Origin: Candidatus Brocadiia bacterium
Lineage (GTDB): Bacteria > Planctomycetota > Brocadiia > CAIUPP01
Reading direction: 5' to 3'
Assembly: GCA_050015075.1 (NCBI GenBank)
Contig: JBEKCB010000016.1
Span: 1-64,000 of the forward strand
Length of the DNA: 64,000 bases
The translations under genes were made by a program, and so were the position numbers. The notes under the pieces are model-generated. The model did no database searches and was not told where the DNA came from. It saw only the letters and a program-made list of their open reading frames with translations. Positions 37,501 through 47,284 of the stretch are shown here, in pieces; positions within the stretch are counted from its first letter, which is position 1; each line of letters starts with the position of its first letter.

Positions 37501-38492
37501 AGAGCCGGCGGAGAGAGAATGGCGGCTTCGGACGCGGCGGGGGACCATAGGCAGACCCGGTTGCGGCCCTGCCGCTTGGCGCAAATGAGCCCTTCATCGG
37601 CGCGGACGGCCAGTTGTTCCTCGCTCCGAACCTCCGGCGTCAGGACCGCCGCCCCGATGCTGAGGGTGACGCGGATTTCCGCCTGGTCGTTGCGGAAGCC
37701 GGCGGCGGCCACGGCGTTGCGGACGTTCTCGGCGCACTTGAGCGCGCCGGCCGCGCCGGTATTCGGCAGGATGATGCCGAACTCCTCGCCGCCGTATCGC
37801 GCCAGGATGTCCACTTCGCGCACGGTGGAGAACATCGTCTTGGCCACCCGCTGCAAGACCTCGTCGCCCGTGCGGTGGCCGTACTTGTCATTCACGTCCT
37901 TGAACCGGTCCAGGTCCGCCATGAGGCAGGCGAGCGGCTGCGCGTAACGGACGCTTCGGACGTATTCGTACCGCAGCCGCGCCCAGAAGTAACGGACGTT
38001 GTAGATGCCGGTCAGGTCATCGGTAATCGAAAGGTACTTCAGCCGGTCCACCAGCCGCTGCTGCTCGGCCATGTCGCGGACGTGGAGGATGGAATATACG
38101 CCGGCTCCGCCGCGACTGTCCCCCGGCTGCTCGACCTGGCCGGTAACCTGGCCGAACTCCGCGCACGAGAGGAGCAGCAGCGCCGGGAAGGTGGAGCCGT
38201 CCTTCCGCCGGGCGAGGCCTTCGCCGAACCAGGTCTTCCGGCTCGCGAGCGCCTTGACCACCTCCTGCTCCGCGCCCTCGGGTCCCTTCGGAGGAAAAAG
38301 CGCGGTCGCAGTCAACTGGAGAAACTCGTCGGGGGAGTATCCGAAAGCGCGCGAAGCGGTGGCGTTGATGAGCGCCGTCCGGCCGCGCTCGTCCACCGTC
38401 AGGATGGAGTCCATCGCGCCTTCGAGGATTTGACGAAGGAGCGCGTTCTGGCCTTGAAGGGTCTCGATCGTAACGGCCGCGTCGTCCGCCAT
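37455..38492 (-). CDS. PAS-GGDEF diguanylate cyclase
   Basis: PAS (RRKDGSTFP); TDDLTG.YN, DLDRFK.VND.YGH, REVD I-site and GGEEF. Confidence 0.94.
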   Translation of the reverse strand: MADDAAVTIETLQGQNALLRQILEGAMDSILTVDERGRTALINATASRAFGYSPDEFLQLTATALFPPKGPEGAEQEVVKALASRKTWFGEGLARRKDGSTFPALLLLSCAEFGQVTGQVEQPGDSRGGAGVYSILHVRDMAEQQRLVDRLKYLSITDDLTGIYNVRYFWARLRYEYVRSVRYAQPLACLMADLDRFKDVNDKYGHRTGDEVLQRVAKTMFSTVREVDILARYGGEEFGIILPNTGAAGALKCAENVRNAVAAAGFRNDQAEIRVTLSIGAAVLTPEVRSEEQLAVRADEGLICAKRQGRNRVCLWSPAASEAAILSPPALTTKGTKDTKKDEEF

Positions 38493-38542
38493 TCGACGGC
38501 CCGCTTCCTGATGATCCGGACATGGACGTCGTCGCGGGCGTC

Positions 38543-38571
38543 AATATACCGCCGCCGCCGTCAACCGTCAA
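38543..38571 (-). promoter_or_regulatory. sigma70 promoter of PAS-GGDEF
   Basis: TTGACG-N17-TATATT on the minus strand. Confidence 0.6.
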
Positions 38572-38605
38572 GAAAGATTATCGCCGGAGGAACGCGGCGC
38601 CCGGG

Positions 38606-40579
38606 TCAGTGCTCGGTCATCTTCTCCAGGCTCAGGTCCAGGAACGCGCTGACCAGCGCCGGGTCGCAGCGCGATCCGGCCCCCTCGGCCATCATGCTGC
38701 GCGCCGCGGCGAAATCCATCGCCGCGCGGTAGATGCGATGGGAAACCAGCGCGTCGAACATGTCGCAAATGGCCACAATTCGCGCCCCGAGCGGGATCGC
38801 CTCGCCGCAAAGGCGGTCGGGATATCCCTGGCCGTCGAAGCGCTCATGGTGATGGCGGACAATCGGGGCGAGTTCGCGCAGGTGAACGGTGCGGGCGAAC
38901 ATGCTCGCGCCGATCACCGGGTGCGCCGCGACGATCCCGGACTCCTCCACGGTCAACGGGCCGGGCTTGCAGAGCAGCGTGTCCGGGATGCAGATCTTGC
39001 CCACGTCGTGCAGCAGGGCTGCGTCCTCGACGACGAAGACGTCCCTCGAGGCGATGTTCAGGGTGCGCGCAAGTTCGCCGGCGTAGGTGCGGACCTGCCG
39101 CGAATGGCCGTGCGTGTCCGGGCTGCGCGCGTCCACCATGCCGGCGAAGAATTCCAGGGTCTCCTGGTACGTGCGCGAGATTCGCGAGAGCGCCTCGGCG
39201 TTGTCGGCGGCCGCGGAAGCGCCTTCGGCCAGGGCGGAGAGCCTCCGCGCGTCCTCGGCGGAGAAGGCGTGCGGCCTGGAGGAGAACACCGCGAGCAGAC
39301 CGAACGGCTTTTCGCCGGCGGTCAGCGGCGCGCTGAGGCAGGAGACCAGCGCGCGGTGCGTCTCAAAGGCGAAGCGGCCGGGCGTCAGCGCCGGGGACGG
39401 AAGCGCTCCTGTCCCGGCGGCGTCGCCCCTGTCCAGCGACGCCGCCATCTTGCCCTGGATCGCTTCGAGAATCGGCGAACCCACGGGAACGTCCGGCGCG
39501 GTCCGGAGTTCGGCATCCTTCTCCGTCAGCAGCAGCACGGCGCAGATCTCGGCGGCGGTCAGACGCGCCGCGCTGGTGAGGAGCTGCCGGCACATGCGGT
39601 CGCGGTCTGCGTTGAGCGAAAGGCTGCGGCTGACCGTGACCAATTCCTCCAGCTCGGCCACCTGTTCGGCGGCCGTCTCGTAGAGCCGGGCGCTCTCGAG
39701 GGTCACCGCCAGGTGCGCGGCGAACATCTCCATCAGCTCGATGGAATTCTCCTGGAACCCGGGCCCGTCCACACGGCGCAGGCACAGCGCGCCGAGCGGG
39801 CGGTCGGACACGAACAGCGGCATGAAGGCGTAGCAGTCGCCGGACGGGACATCGGCATCGAGAAGGACGGCCTTCCGGCGGACGGCTTCCAGGCACTGCT
39901 CGATCAGCGAATCGGTGCGGCACCGCCGCGTCAGGGAGCGGCCGGAATGCGCTGTGACGAAGAGAGTCTCCTGCGCCGGCTCATAGTGGAAGAGGATGCC
40001 GCTGTCCGCACCGAAGTTTCGGCAGGCCAGTTCGAGGGCCTTCTGCGGCAAGGCGTGCGGGTCGGTGGTTTTCGACAGGTTCCGCGCCAGGTCGAGCAGG
40101 GCCGAGGTCTCGTTCAGGAAAACGCCGCAACGCTGAGTGTTGACCGCCCCGAGGCAGCACGCGACAGTGCGCTGCAGCGCGCGCGCCTCGAACGGCAGAG
40201 GGATAAAATCGGCGGCGCCGCGACGCATGGCCTCCATGGCGTCGCCGATCGTCCCGCCGGAGGACATCACCACCACGCAGGTGTCCGGATACATCTCCTT
40301 GAGGTTCGCCAGGAGCTGCATGCCGTCCATCCGCGGCATGGCCATCTCGGTCAGGACGAGGTCGGACGCGCGCTCGCGCATCAGTTCGAGCGCCTCGGCG
40401 CCCGACTGGGCCGCGCGCACGGCGTAACCGGCCTCCTTCAGGGCCGAGATGCAATGCTCTGCAGTGTCCGCCTCATGATCCACCACCAGGATTTGCCAGA
40501 GTCCGTTTTTGCGCTCCGATGCCGATCTGGGAAGCTGCAGCATGATTCCGGCCACCTTTTCGTTATGAAGTCTCCACAT
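38606..40579 (-). CDS. Atypical REC-GAF-GAF-HD-GYP phosphodiesterase
   Basis: REC fold (ILVVDH, LVLTEMAMP); two GAF domains; HDVGK, HHERFDGQGYP and CDMFDAL. Confidence 0.92.
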   Translation of the reverse strand: MWRLHNEKVAGIMLQLPRSASERKNGLWQILVVDHEADTAEHCISALKEAGYAVRAAQSGAEALELMRERASDLVLTEMAMPRMDGMQLLANLKEMYPDTCVVVMSSGGTIGDAMEAMRRGAADFIPLPFEARALQRTVACCLGAVNTQRCGVFLNETSALLDLARNLSKTTDPHALPQKALELACRNFGADSGILFHYEPAQETLFVTAHSGRSLTRRCRTDSLIEQCLEAVRRKAVLLDADVPSGDCYAFMPLFVSDRPLGALCLRRVDGPGFQENSIELMEMFAAHLAVTLESARLYETAAEQVAELEELVTVSRSLSLNADRDRMCRQLLTSAARLTAAEICAVLLLTEKDAELRTAPDVPVGSPILEAIQGKMAASLDRGDAAGTGALPSPALTPGRFAFETHRALVSCLSAPLTAGEKPFGLLAVFSSRPHAFSAEDARRLSALAEGASAAADNAEALSRISRTYQETLEFFAGMVDARSPDTHGHSRQVRTYAGELARTLNIASRDVFVVEDAALLHDVGKICIPDTLLCKPGPLTVEESGIVAAHPVIGASMFARTVHLRELAPIVRHHHERFDGQGYPDRLCGEAIPLGARIVAICDMFDALVSHRIYRAAMDFAAARSMMAEGAGSRCDPALVSAFLDLSLEKMTEH

Positions 40580-40634
40580 CCTGTCCGGTCACCGTCGTTG
40601 CCTCACCGGAGATAGCGGCAACCGGTTAATGGGA

Positions 40635-40661
40635 TATTCGTGGAGAAGGCAATGAACTTTA
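40635..40661 (-). promoter_or_regulatory. sigma28-like promoter (variant -10)
   Basis: TAAA-N15-CACGAATA (-35 extends to TAAAGTT) on the minus strand, 55 nt before ATG 40579. Confidence 0.6.
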
Positions 40662-40715
40662 GCGAAGGGCGGGGAATTCCGCAGCGGAGCGCCTAAAGCG
40701 CAATGATCGCCGGGC

Positions 40716-40970
40716 TCAGGCTTCGAAGTCCAGGAGTCCGTCGTCGTCGGCCGCGGCGGAGGAAGCGGAGGCTTCGGGTTGCGTCTCGTCCTTGGCATCG
40801 GCCGGTTCGTCGGCCTCAGCCTTTTGATCGGGATCCTCGGAAGATTTCTGCTCCTTCGAGAGCTGCGCCTCGAAGCGGCGCGGGTTACCGGAACCTCGCT
40901 CGCGTTTCGCCGCCGCCGCGACTATGCGGTCGGTCTGAAGGTTCCTCGGGATCGAAATGTCGCCGTCCAT
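40716..40970 (-). CDS. Small charged hypothetical protein at the end of the flagellar operon
   Basis: GAGG RBS; 20 nt after fliA; ends in GLLDFEA. Confidence 0.65.
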   Translation of the reverse strand: MDGDISIPRNLQTDRIVAAAAKRERGSGNPRRFEAQLSKEQKSSEDPDQKAEADEPADAKDETQPEASASSAAADDDGLLDFEA

Positions 40971-40990
40971 GGCAACCTCTCAAACTCCGC

Positions 40991-41809
40991 TCAGGGCGCA
41001 CCAAGCCCCGCGCGGCTCAGGGTGCGCTTGAGCCGCTGAAGGGCCTGCGTATGGAGCTGGCACGCGCGCGACGCGGTCACGTCGAGCACCTTGCCGATCT
41101 CCTGCAGCATCAGGTTCTCGTGATAGCGCAGGACGATGACCTGGCCTTCGCGCTCCGGCAAGTTGCGGATCGCCTCGGCCAGGACGCGTTTCTGGTCGGT
41201 GAATTCGGCCTGCTCATACGGATTCCGAGGCGCGCGCAGGCCCAGTTCGGAGGAGAGAAGGCTGACTTCCGCGTTCAGCGTCTCCCCTTCGCTCGAACTC
41301 CGGTGATCCGCCTTCGACAGCGCGAGCAGCCACGTCAGGCGATCCGCCGACACGTGGAGACCCTCGGCCAGTTCCTCCGTGGTTGCCGCCTGGCCCGTTT
41401 GCCGCGCGTCGTCCACGCTCTTCCGGAGGCGCTTCACCTGGCCGCGCAGGTCCGAGGAGAGCCAGTCATAGCGGCGCAGTTCGTCGAGCATCGCGCCCCA
41501 GATGCGCGGGATCGCGTAGCTGTGAAACGGAACTTTCCGGCCGGCGTCGAACCTCTGCGCGGCCTCGGTGAGCCCCAGCAAGCCGGCCGCGAGCAGGTCG
41601 TCGCGGTCCACGTGCGGCGGCAGGTTGCGCGCGACTTTACTGAGCACGTACTTGACCAGCGGCACATTGCGCTCCACGAGGCTTTCGACGCCGCTCTCGC
41701 CGGCGGCGCTCTTGCGATCGCCTGCGGAGGAGAGATGCGGGGCGTCCGCGTGCGCTTTATCTCTCGGGAGCGCGGCGTGCTGCGCGTGAGTCGCTGCTTT
41801 CGAGCCCAT
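40991..41809 (-). CDS. fliA: FliA/WhiG family sigma factor (sigma28)
   Basis: LPPHVDRDDL, YA..RI.GAMLDELR..DW, LPERE..V..L.Y.E.L and VT.SR.CQLH motifs. Confidence 0.93.
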   Translation of the reverse strand: MGSKAATHAQHAALPRDKAHADAPHLSSAGDRKSAAGESGVESLVERNVPLVKYVLSKVARNLPPHVDRDDLLAAGLLGLTEAAQRFDAGRKVPFHSYAIPRIWGAMLDELRRYDWLSSDLRGQVKRLRKSVDDARQTGQAATTEELAEGLHVSADRLTWLLALSKADHRSSSEGETLNAEVSLLSSELGLRAPRNPYEQAEFTDQKRVLAEAIRNLPEREGQVIVLRYHENLMLQEIGKVLDVTASRACQLHTQALQRLKRTLSRAGLGAP

Positions 41810-41847
41810 CGTTCACCTCCGCAGACTCAGGGGGATTCGTTTCGCAC

Positions 41848-42129
41848 TCAAGCCTTCGGCCGCCGCGCGGAAGCGCCGTTGCCGTTTCCGCCTTGCTGAT
41901 TCTTGACCTGCCGCTGAGCCATTTGCTCGCCGACGGCCGAGTACACGCAGTTGAGGAAGAACTTTCCCGCGACGAGCCCGAGCAGCCAGAACACCGCTGC
42001 GGCGGCCGTCGCACGAAGCGCTATGGCGTGGGCCGGCACGTCCGAAGCCAAGCCAACCATCCACGCGACGGCGAACGCCGCGACCGACAAAAGGATCGCG
42101 AACACCGGCGGAATCAGTTCCAGATTCAT
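41848..42129 (-). CDS. Small two-TM protein between flhA and fliA
   Basis: GAGGTG RBS; two hydrophobic helices; in operon. Confidence 0.7.
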   Translation of the reverse strand: MNLELIPPVFAILLSVAAFAVAWMVGLASDVPAHAIALRATAAAAVFWLLGLVAGKFFLNCVYSAVGEQMAQRQVKNQQGGNGNGASARRPKA

Positions 42130-42164
42130 ACGGTCACCTCAAGTGGCCAAGCCCTGCTTTCGCG

Positions 42165-44222
42165 TCACTCGTCGAGCGTCACCGTCGCGCGTCCCTCAAG
42201 CCGCATTGCCGGGACCAGTTCGTCGTACGCCAGCACCGGCAACTCGGGGACCGCGTGCTGCACCATGCGCCGGACGTGCCGGCGGATGGGGCTGGAAGTC
42301 AGCAAGACCGCCTCGAACCCGCCGGCGACCGTGTCGCGGACCGCGGCGGCGACCTTGTGGATCAGTTGTTCCGCACGGCTCGGTTCGAGAATGACCGCTG
42401 CGCCGCTGCCGCCTTCGTGGATGCACTGCGCGATGAGCCGTTCCAGCGACGGGTCGAGCGTGATGGCGCCGACGTTGCCGCGGCTCTCGACCGTCGCACA
42501 GATCGTCCGCGCGATGGACTTGCGCACCAGCTCGGTGAGCTGCACCGGGTCCTTGGTCGTGGCGGCATGGTCGGCGATCGCTTCGAGTATGCCGCCGAGA
42601 TCGGTGATCGGAATTCCCTCGGCGAGCAGGTTTTGCAGGACTTTCTGCACGCCGCCGAGCCCGATGACGGCCGGCGTGAGTTCCTCGATCACGGTCGGAT
42701 AGACCTCTTTCAGGCCGTCCACCAGCGTCTTGACGTCATCGCGGCTGAGGATTTCCGGCGCCTGCTTGCGAATGATTTCGGTGAGGTGCGTGATGAGGAC
42801 CGAGCGCGGGTCGGCCACGGTGTAGCCGGCGGCCTCGGCCTCGTCTTTCTGCGAGGGCGCAATCCAGAGCGCGGGCAGGCCGAACGCCGGCTCGCGCGTC
42901 TCCTGGCCCTTGACGGGCTTCTGGACCATGCCGGAATCAATCGCCAGCAGGTTGTTGGCCAGCAGCGTGCCGCGCGCCAGCTCGTTGCCGCGGAGGCGGA
43001 CGAGGTACTCGTTCGGCTTCACCTGCAGGTTGTCGTGGATGCGGATCGGCGGCACGATGATGCCGAGCTTCTGCGCCATCTGCTTGCGCACCGCGCGGAT
43101 CTTGCGGAGCATCTCGTCGTTCTGGCTCGGGTCCAGCAGCGGGATAAGTTGATATCCGACTTCGATGGACATGCGGTCTACGCGCAGGGCCTTATGCAGC
43201 TCGGCGTTCTCGTCCATCGCCTTCGCCTGGGCGGCGGCCTTGGGCTGCGGCTTGGCGGCCTCCTCGGCGGAGCGGCGCATCGCCCAGGAAAGGCCCATGA
43301 AGAGGGCGGCAATGACCAGGAAAGGCGCCGTCGGCAGGCCGGGGATGAGCCCGAACAGCGCCATGATGCCTGCGCCGATGGCGAGCGCGCGCGGGTGCGT
43401 CAGCAGTTCGCTGCCCACGTCGCGCGCGAGGTTCGTCGAGGAGGAAGCCTTCGTCGTGATGATGCCCGACGTCGTCGCGATGATGAGCGACGGGATCTGC
43501 GTCACCAGGCCGTCGCCGACCGTCAGGATCGAATAGGTCTGGACCGCGTCGCCGATGGCCATGCCGCGGAGCTTGCCCATGATGATGCCGCCGATCAGGT
43601 TGACGGCGATGATGATCATGCCGGCCACCGCGTCGCCGCGGACGAACTTGCTCGCGCCGTCCATCGCGCCGTAGAACTCCGCCTCCTGCGCGATCTTCTG
43701 GCGGCGGTCGCGGGCCTGGTGTTCGTTGATCAGGCCCGCGTTCAAATCGGCGTCAATCGCCATCTGCTTGCCCGGCATCGCGTCCAGCGTGAACCGCGCC
43801 GCCACTTCCGAAATGCGGCCCGAGCCCTTGATGATGACGACGAACTGGATGACGCACAGGATCAGGAACACCACCAGCCCGACCACCATATTGCCGCCGA
43901 CGACGAAGTGACCGAACGCATTGATGACCTGGCCGGCGTAGCCGTTCAGCAGCACCAGCCGCGTGGAGGCCACGTTCAGCGCCAGGCGGAACAGCGTGGT
44001 GAAAAGCAGCAGAGAGGGGAAGGTCGAGAACTCCAGCGCCTTCGAGGCGCTCAGGGCCACCATCAGCAGCAGCAAGGAAACCGCGATGTTCAGGCTCAGC
44101 AGCACGTCCACCATGAAGGTGGGAATCGGCACGATCAACACGAGCAGCACGCCGACCACGCCGAGGGCCAGCACCACGTCGCTGTTCCGCGCCAGCCTTC
44201 CCATGTTCATCTCAGGCGTCAT
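42165..44222 (-). CDS. flhA: Flagellar export protein FlhA
   Basis: FPSLLL, ALNVASTR, EVAARFTLDAMPGKQM, FYGAMDGASKFVRGD and TVGDGLV motifs. Confidence 0.97.
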   Translation of the reverse strand: MTPEMNMGRLARNSDVVLALGVVGVLLVLIVPIPTFMVDVLLSLNIAVSLLLLMVALSASKALEFSTFPSLLLFTTLFRLALNVASTRLVLLNGYAGQVINAFGHFVVGGNMVVGLVVFLILCVIQFVVIIKGSGRISEVAARFTLDAMPGKQMAIDADLNAGLINEHQARDRRQKIAQEAEFYGAMDGASKFVRGDAVAGMIIIAVNLIGGIIMGKLRGMAIGDAVQTYSILTVGDGLVTQIPSLIIATTSGIITTKASSSTNLARDVGSELLTHPRALAIGAGIMALFGLIPGLPTAPFLVIAALFMGLSWAMRRSAEEAAKPQPKAAAQAKAMDENAELHKALRVDRMSIEVGYQLIPLLDPSQNDEMLRKIRAVRKQMAQKLGIIVPPIRIHDNLQVKPNEYLVRLRGNELARGTLLANNLLAIDSGMVQKPVKGQETREPAFGLPALWIAPSQKDEAEAAGYTVADPRSVLITHLTEIIRKQAPEILSRDDVKTLVDGLKEVYPTVIEELTPAVIGLGGVQKVLQNLLAEGIPITDLGGILEAIADHAATTKDPVQLTELVRKSIARTICATVESRGNVGAITLDPSLERLIAQCIHEGGSGAAVILEPSRAEQLIHKVAAAVRDTVAGGFEAVLLTSSPIRRHVRRMVQHAVPELPVLAYDELVPAMRLEGRATVTLDE

Positions 44223-44260
44223 CGTTCACCTCCGCAGAAAGAGCGTTGTCCAAACCGTCC

Positions 44261-45325
44261 TCAGCGCGCGCCCGGCGGATTCTGTCCGCGCAGCTTGTAC
44301 ACGTGCAGCAGCAGCCGGGCCACGGCGCGGTACAGTTTCTCCGGGATCACTTCACCCACTTCAACCGTCTTGTAGAGCGCCTGGGCCAGCGGCGCGTCGC
44401 GGACCGTGTGGACGCGGTGTTCGCGGGCCAGCTCGACGATGCGCAACGCCAGGTAATCGGCGCCCTTCGCCAGGACGATGGGAGCGGAGGCCTTGGCCGG
44501 GTCGTACTTCAGCGCCACGGCGTAGTGCGTCGGGTTGCGGACGACCACGTCGGCCTTTTTCACGTTGCGGAGCATGCGGCTTCGCGACAGGGTGATCTGC
44601 ATGCGCCGGATGCGCGCCTCGACCTCGGGGTTTCCTTCCAGGAGCTTCTGCTCCTCCTTCACCTCGTCCTTGCTCATGCGCAGGTCGCGCTCGTACTGCC
44701 AGCGCTGATAACCGTAGTCGGCCGCGGCGATGAGCGCGAGCAGAATCCCCACCCGCAGGCCAAGGTCCAGCGTCGCCATGCACAGCGTGCTGAACATGAT
44801 CGCCGGCGTGGCATGGTGCAGGCCGAGAATGCCCGGAAGGTGCGAGCGGATCGTCAGGTACCCGATGCCGAGAATGGCGATAATCTTCAAGGACGATACG
44901 ATCAAGTGCGTGACGGAGCGTAATGAGAAAAGCCGCGTCATGCCGTTGATCGGGTCGAGTCTTTCGAGGTTGATTTCCAACACGTCGCCCGTAATCTGCA
45001 GGCCGACCTGCCCATAGCCGGCGAAGGCCGAGACCGCGGCCATGCAGATCAGGACGGGCGCCACGGGGACCAGGACGCTGATCATGATACCGGTGAGCAA
45101 CTGCGTCGCGGAGCTGACGTTGAATTCCGGATGGACCAGCCCGCCGAAACTGCGGCGGTAGACGCCCATCAGCGCTTCCATCAGGCTGGGGCCGGCCGCC
45201 CAGAGGATCAGCATGGATCCGAGCAGCACGGCGGCGTGCTCGATCTCCGCGCTCCGCGCCACCTTGCCCTTCTTGCGGGCCTCACTGCGCCGGCGCGGTG
45301 TTGCGGGTTCGGTCTTATTGTCCAT
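44261..45325 (-). CDS. flhB: Flagellar export switch protein FlhB
   Basis: KTEPATPRR, LRMSK.EVKEE and the NPTH autocleavage site. Confidence 0.97.
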   Translation of the reverse strand: MDNKTEPATPRRRSEARKKGKVARSAEIEHAAVLLGSMLILWAAGPSLMEALMGVYRRSFGGLVHPEFNVSSATQLLTGIMISVLVPVAPVLICMAAVSAFAGYGQVGLQITGDVLEINLERLDPINGMTRLFSLRSVTHLIVSSLKIIAILGIGYLTIRSHLPGILGLHHATPAIMFSTLCMATLDLGLRVGILLALIAAADYGYQRWQYERDLRMSKDEVKEEQKLLEGNPEVEARIRRMQITLSRSRMLRNVKKADVVVRNPTHYAVALKYDPAKASAPIVLAKGADYLALRIVELAREHRVHTVRDAPLAQALYKTVEVGEVIPEKLYRAVARLLLHVYKLRGQNPPGAR

Positions 45326-45336
45326 GCCTCATCCGT

Positions 45337-46134
45337 TCACAAAGCGCGCGACAGGGCGATCAGTTGCGTGTGCAGATCGCTGAAGGCGTCGTGCATCACC
45401 GGCCAGGTCAGCGGGAACGTCAGCGCCAGGGCCAGCACGCCGACGAACACCTTGACCGGATACCCGACGACCAGGATGTTCATCTGCGGCACGGCCTTGG
45501 CCATCAGCGCGAGCATCACGTTCACCAGGAACATGATTCCCATCAGCGGCGCGACGCCGCGCAAGGCGTAGAGGAACAGGTTGGAGAAACTGGTCTGCAT
45601 GGCCGCGGCGATCGCGGGCGAGAAATGCACCTGGCCCAGCGGGATATCGCGATAACTGATCGCCAGCGCCTGGATGAACCAGTGGTGGCCGTCCACCGCC
45701 AGGAAGACGAGCAGACAGAAGATGTCGAAGAAGGTGGAAATCTCGTCGGCGGTGTCCTCTTCGTCGGGCAGCGACACGTCGCTCATGCCCAGCCCGATCG
45801 TCTGCGCCGCCAGGCTGCCTGCGGCGCGCATCGCGCCCAGCACCAGGCCGCCGGCGAATCCCATGAGCAGGCCGAGACCGAGTTCCCGCAGAACCAGCGG
45901 CGCGTAGCCGAGCACGCCCGCCGGCAGGACGCCCGCGTGCTGCGCCGCGAGCGGATACATGATCAGCGACAACAGGCATGTCAGGCCCACCTTCACCCGG
46001 TCGGGAATCTCGACGCTGCTGAGGATCGGCGCGGTCAGCATGATGCCGCTCGCACGGCACAGCACCAGCACAAAGACCGGCAGGTTGAGCGCCATACCCA
46101 GCAAGTCGTTCACGAGGCCGTTCCTTTGCGCCAT
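45337..46134 (-). CDS. fliR: Flagellar export gate FliR
   Basis: R..G....AP, GL.MG, DGHH and PQMNILVVGYP motifs. Confidence 0.95.
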   Translation of the reverse strand: MAQRNGLVNDLLGMALNLPVFVLVLCRASGIMLTAPILSSVEIPDRVKVGLTCLLSLIMYPLAAQHAGVLPAGVLGYAPLVLRELGLGLLMGFAGGLVLGAMRAAGSLAAQTIGLGMSDVSLPDEEDTADEISTFFDIFCLLVFLAVDGHHWFIQALAISYRDIPLGQVHFSPAIAAAMQTSFSNLFLYALRGVAPLMGIMFLVNVMLALMAKAVPQMNILVVGYPVKVFVGVLALALTFPLTWPVMHDAFSDLHTQLIALSRAL

Positions 46135-46158
46135 CCCCGCGTCCGGGCGGGACGGCGC

Positions 46159-46428
46159 TCACATGGAAAGTTTCGCCAGGTTCGACAGGAGCGTTGTGGT
46201 GTACTGGCAGATCGTCTGGAGCATCCAGGGCATCAGCAGCGCCAGGGTGATCAGGACGGCGCCCACCTTCGCGACGAAGGTCAGCGTCTGCTCCTGAACG
46301 CTCGTGATCGTCTGAACCACGCTGACCAGAAGGCCGACGACGACCGCCACCAGCAGCAGCGGCGCCGTGAGCATCGCCGTGACGGCCAGCGTGTCGCGCC
46401 CGAGTTGCATAATCGTCTGTTCGTTCAT
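46159..46428 (-). CDS. fliQ: Flagellar export gate FliQ
   Basis: VGLLVSVVQTITSVQEQTLTFV.K. Confidence 0.96.
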   Translation of the reverse strand: MNEQTIMQLGRDTLAVTAMLTAPLLLVAVVVGLLVSVVQTITSVQEQTLTFVAKVGAVLITLALLMPWMLQTICQYTTTLLSNLAKLSM

Positions 46429-46437
46429 GGGCCTGTC

Positions 46438-47283
46438 CTACGAGAAGCTCTGCGCGAGTGAGCCGATCACCAGATGCCAGCCGTCCACGAGCACGAATAG
46501 CAATATCTTCAAGGGAACCGAGACCGTCGCCGGCGGCAGCATGAACATGCCCATCGAGGTCAGCAGCGTGGCGACGACCATATCCACGACCAGCATGGGC
46601 AGATAAATGATGAAGCCCATCTGGAAAGAGGTCTTGATTTCGCTCAGCGCAAAAGCCGGCAGCAGGACGTGCGTGGGCACATCGTCGCGCGTCCGGGGCT
46701 TCGCCATCTTGGCCACGCGCAGGAAAAGCGCCAGGTCCTTATTCCGGGTCTGCTTGAACATGAACTCGCGCAGCGGTCCCAGGGCTTTCTCGAACGCCTG
46801 CATGTCCGTGATTTCGCCCCGGACGTCGGGCTGAATCGCGACTTCGTTGATCTTGCTGAACACCGGGGCCATGACGAAGAGCGTCAGGAACAGCGAGATG
46901 CCGATGAGGATCTGGTTCGGCGGCAGACCCTGCACCGCCAGCGCGCGACGGACGAACGACAAAACGATGACAATCCGCGTGAACGCCGTCATCGTGAGCA
47001 GCAACGACGGGACGAGCGTCAGGACGGACAGGACCAGAACGATTTTCATCAAGTCCGAAAGCTGCGCGCTGCCGGTGCCCGTGTTCAGGTTCAGATTGAA
47101 CTTGACGTCCGCCGGCGCCGCCGCTGCCGGGACCGTAGTCGCGGTGGCCGGCGCGGTCTGCGCGCCGCACGGCGCCGCCGCCAGCGCCGCCAGAATCAAC
47201 AGCGCGCCGCACAGGCGTTTCGCGGCATCCAGCCGCAGCAGGGACCTCCGCCGACCCGCAGGTTTCGAAGGCAGGATCATCAT
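46438..47283 (-). CDS. fliP: Flagellar export gate FliP
   Basis: MTAFTRI, PPNQ, LPAFALSEIK and MGMFMLPP...SVPLK motifs. Confidence 0.96.
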   Translation of the reverse strand: MMILPSKPAGRRRSLLRLDAAKRLCGALLILAALAAAPCGAQTAPATATTVPAAAAPADVKFNLNLNTGTGSAQLSDLMKIVLVLSVLTLVPSLLLTMTAFTRIVIVLSFVRRALAVQGLPPNQILIGISLFLTLFVMAPVFSKINEVAIQPDVRGEITDMQAFEKALGPLREFMFKQTRNKDLALFLRVAKMAKPRTRDDVPTHVLLPAFALSEIKTSFQMGFIIYLPMLVVDMVVATLLTSMGMFMLPPATVSVPLKILLFVLVDGWHLVIGSLAQSFS

Positions 47284-47284
47284 C

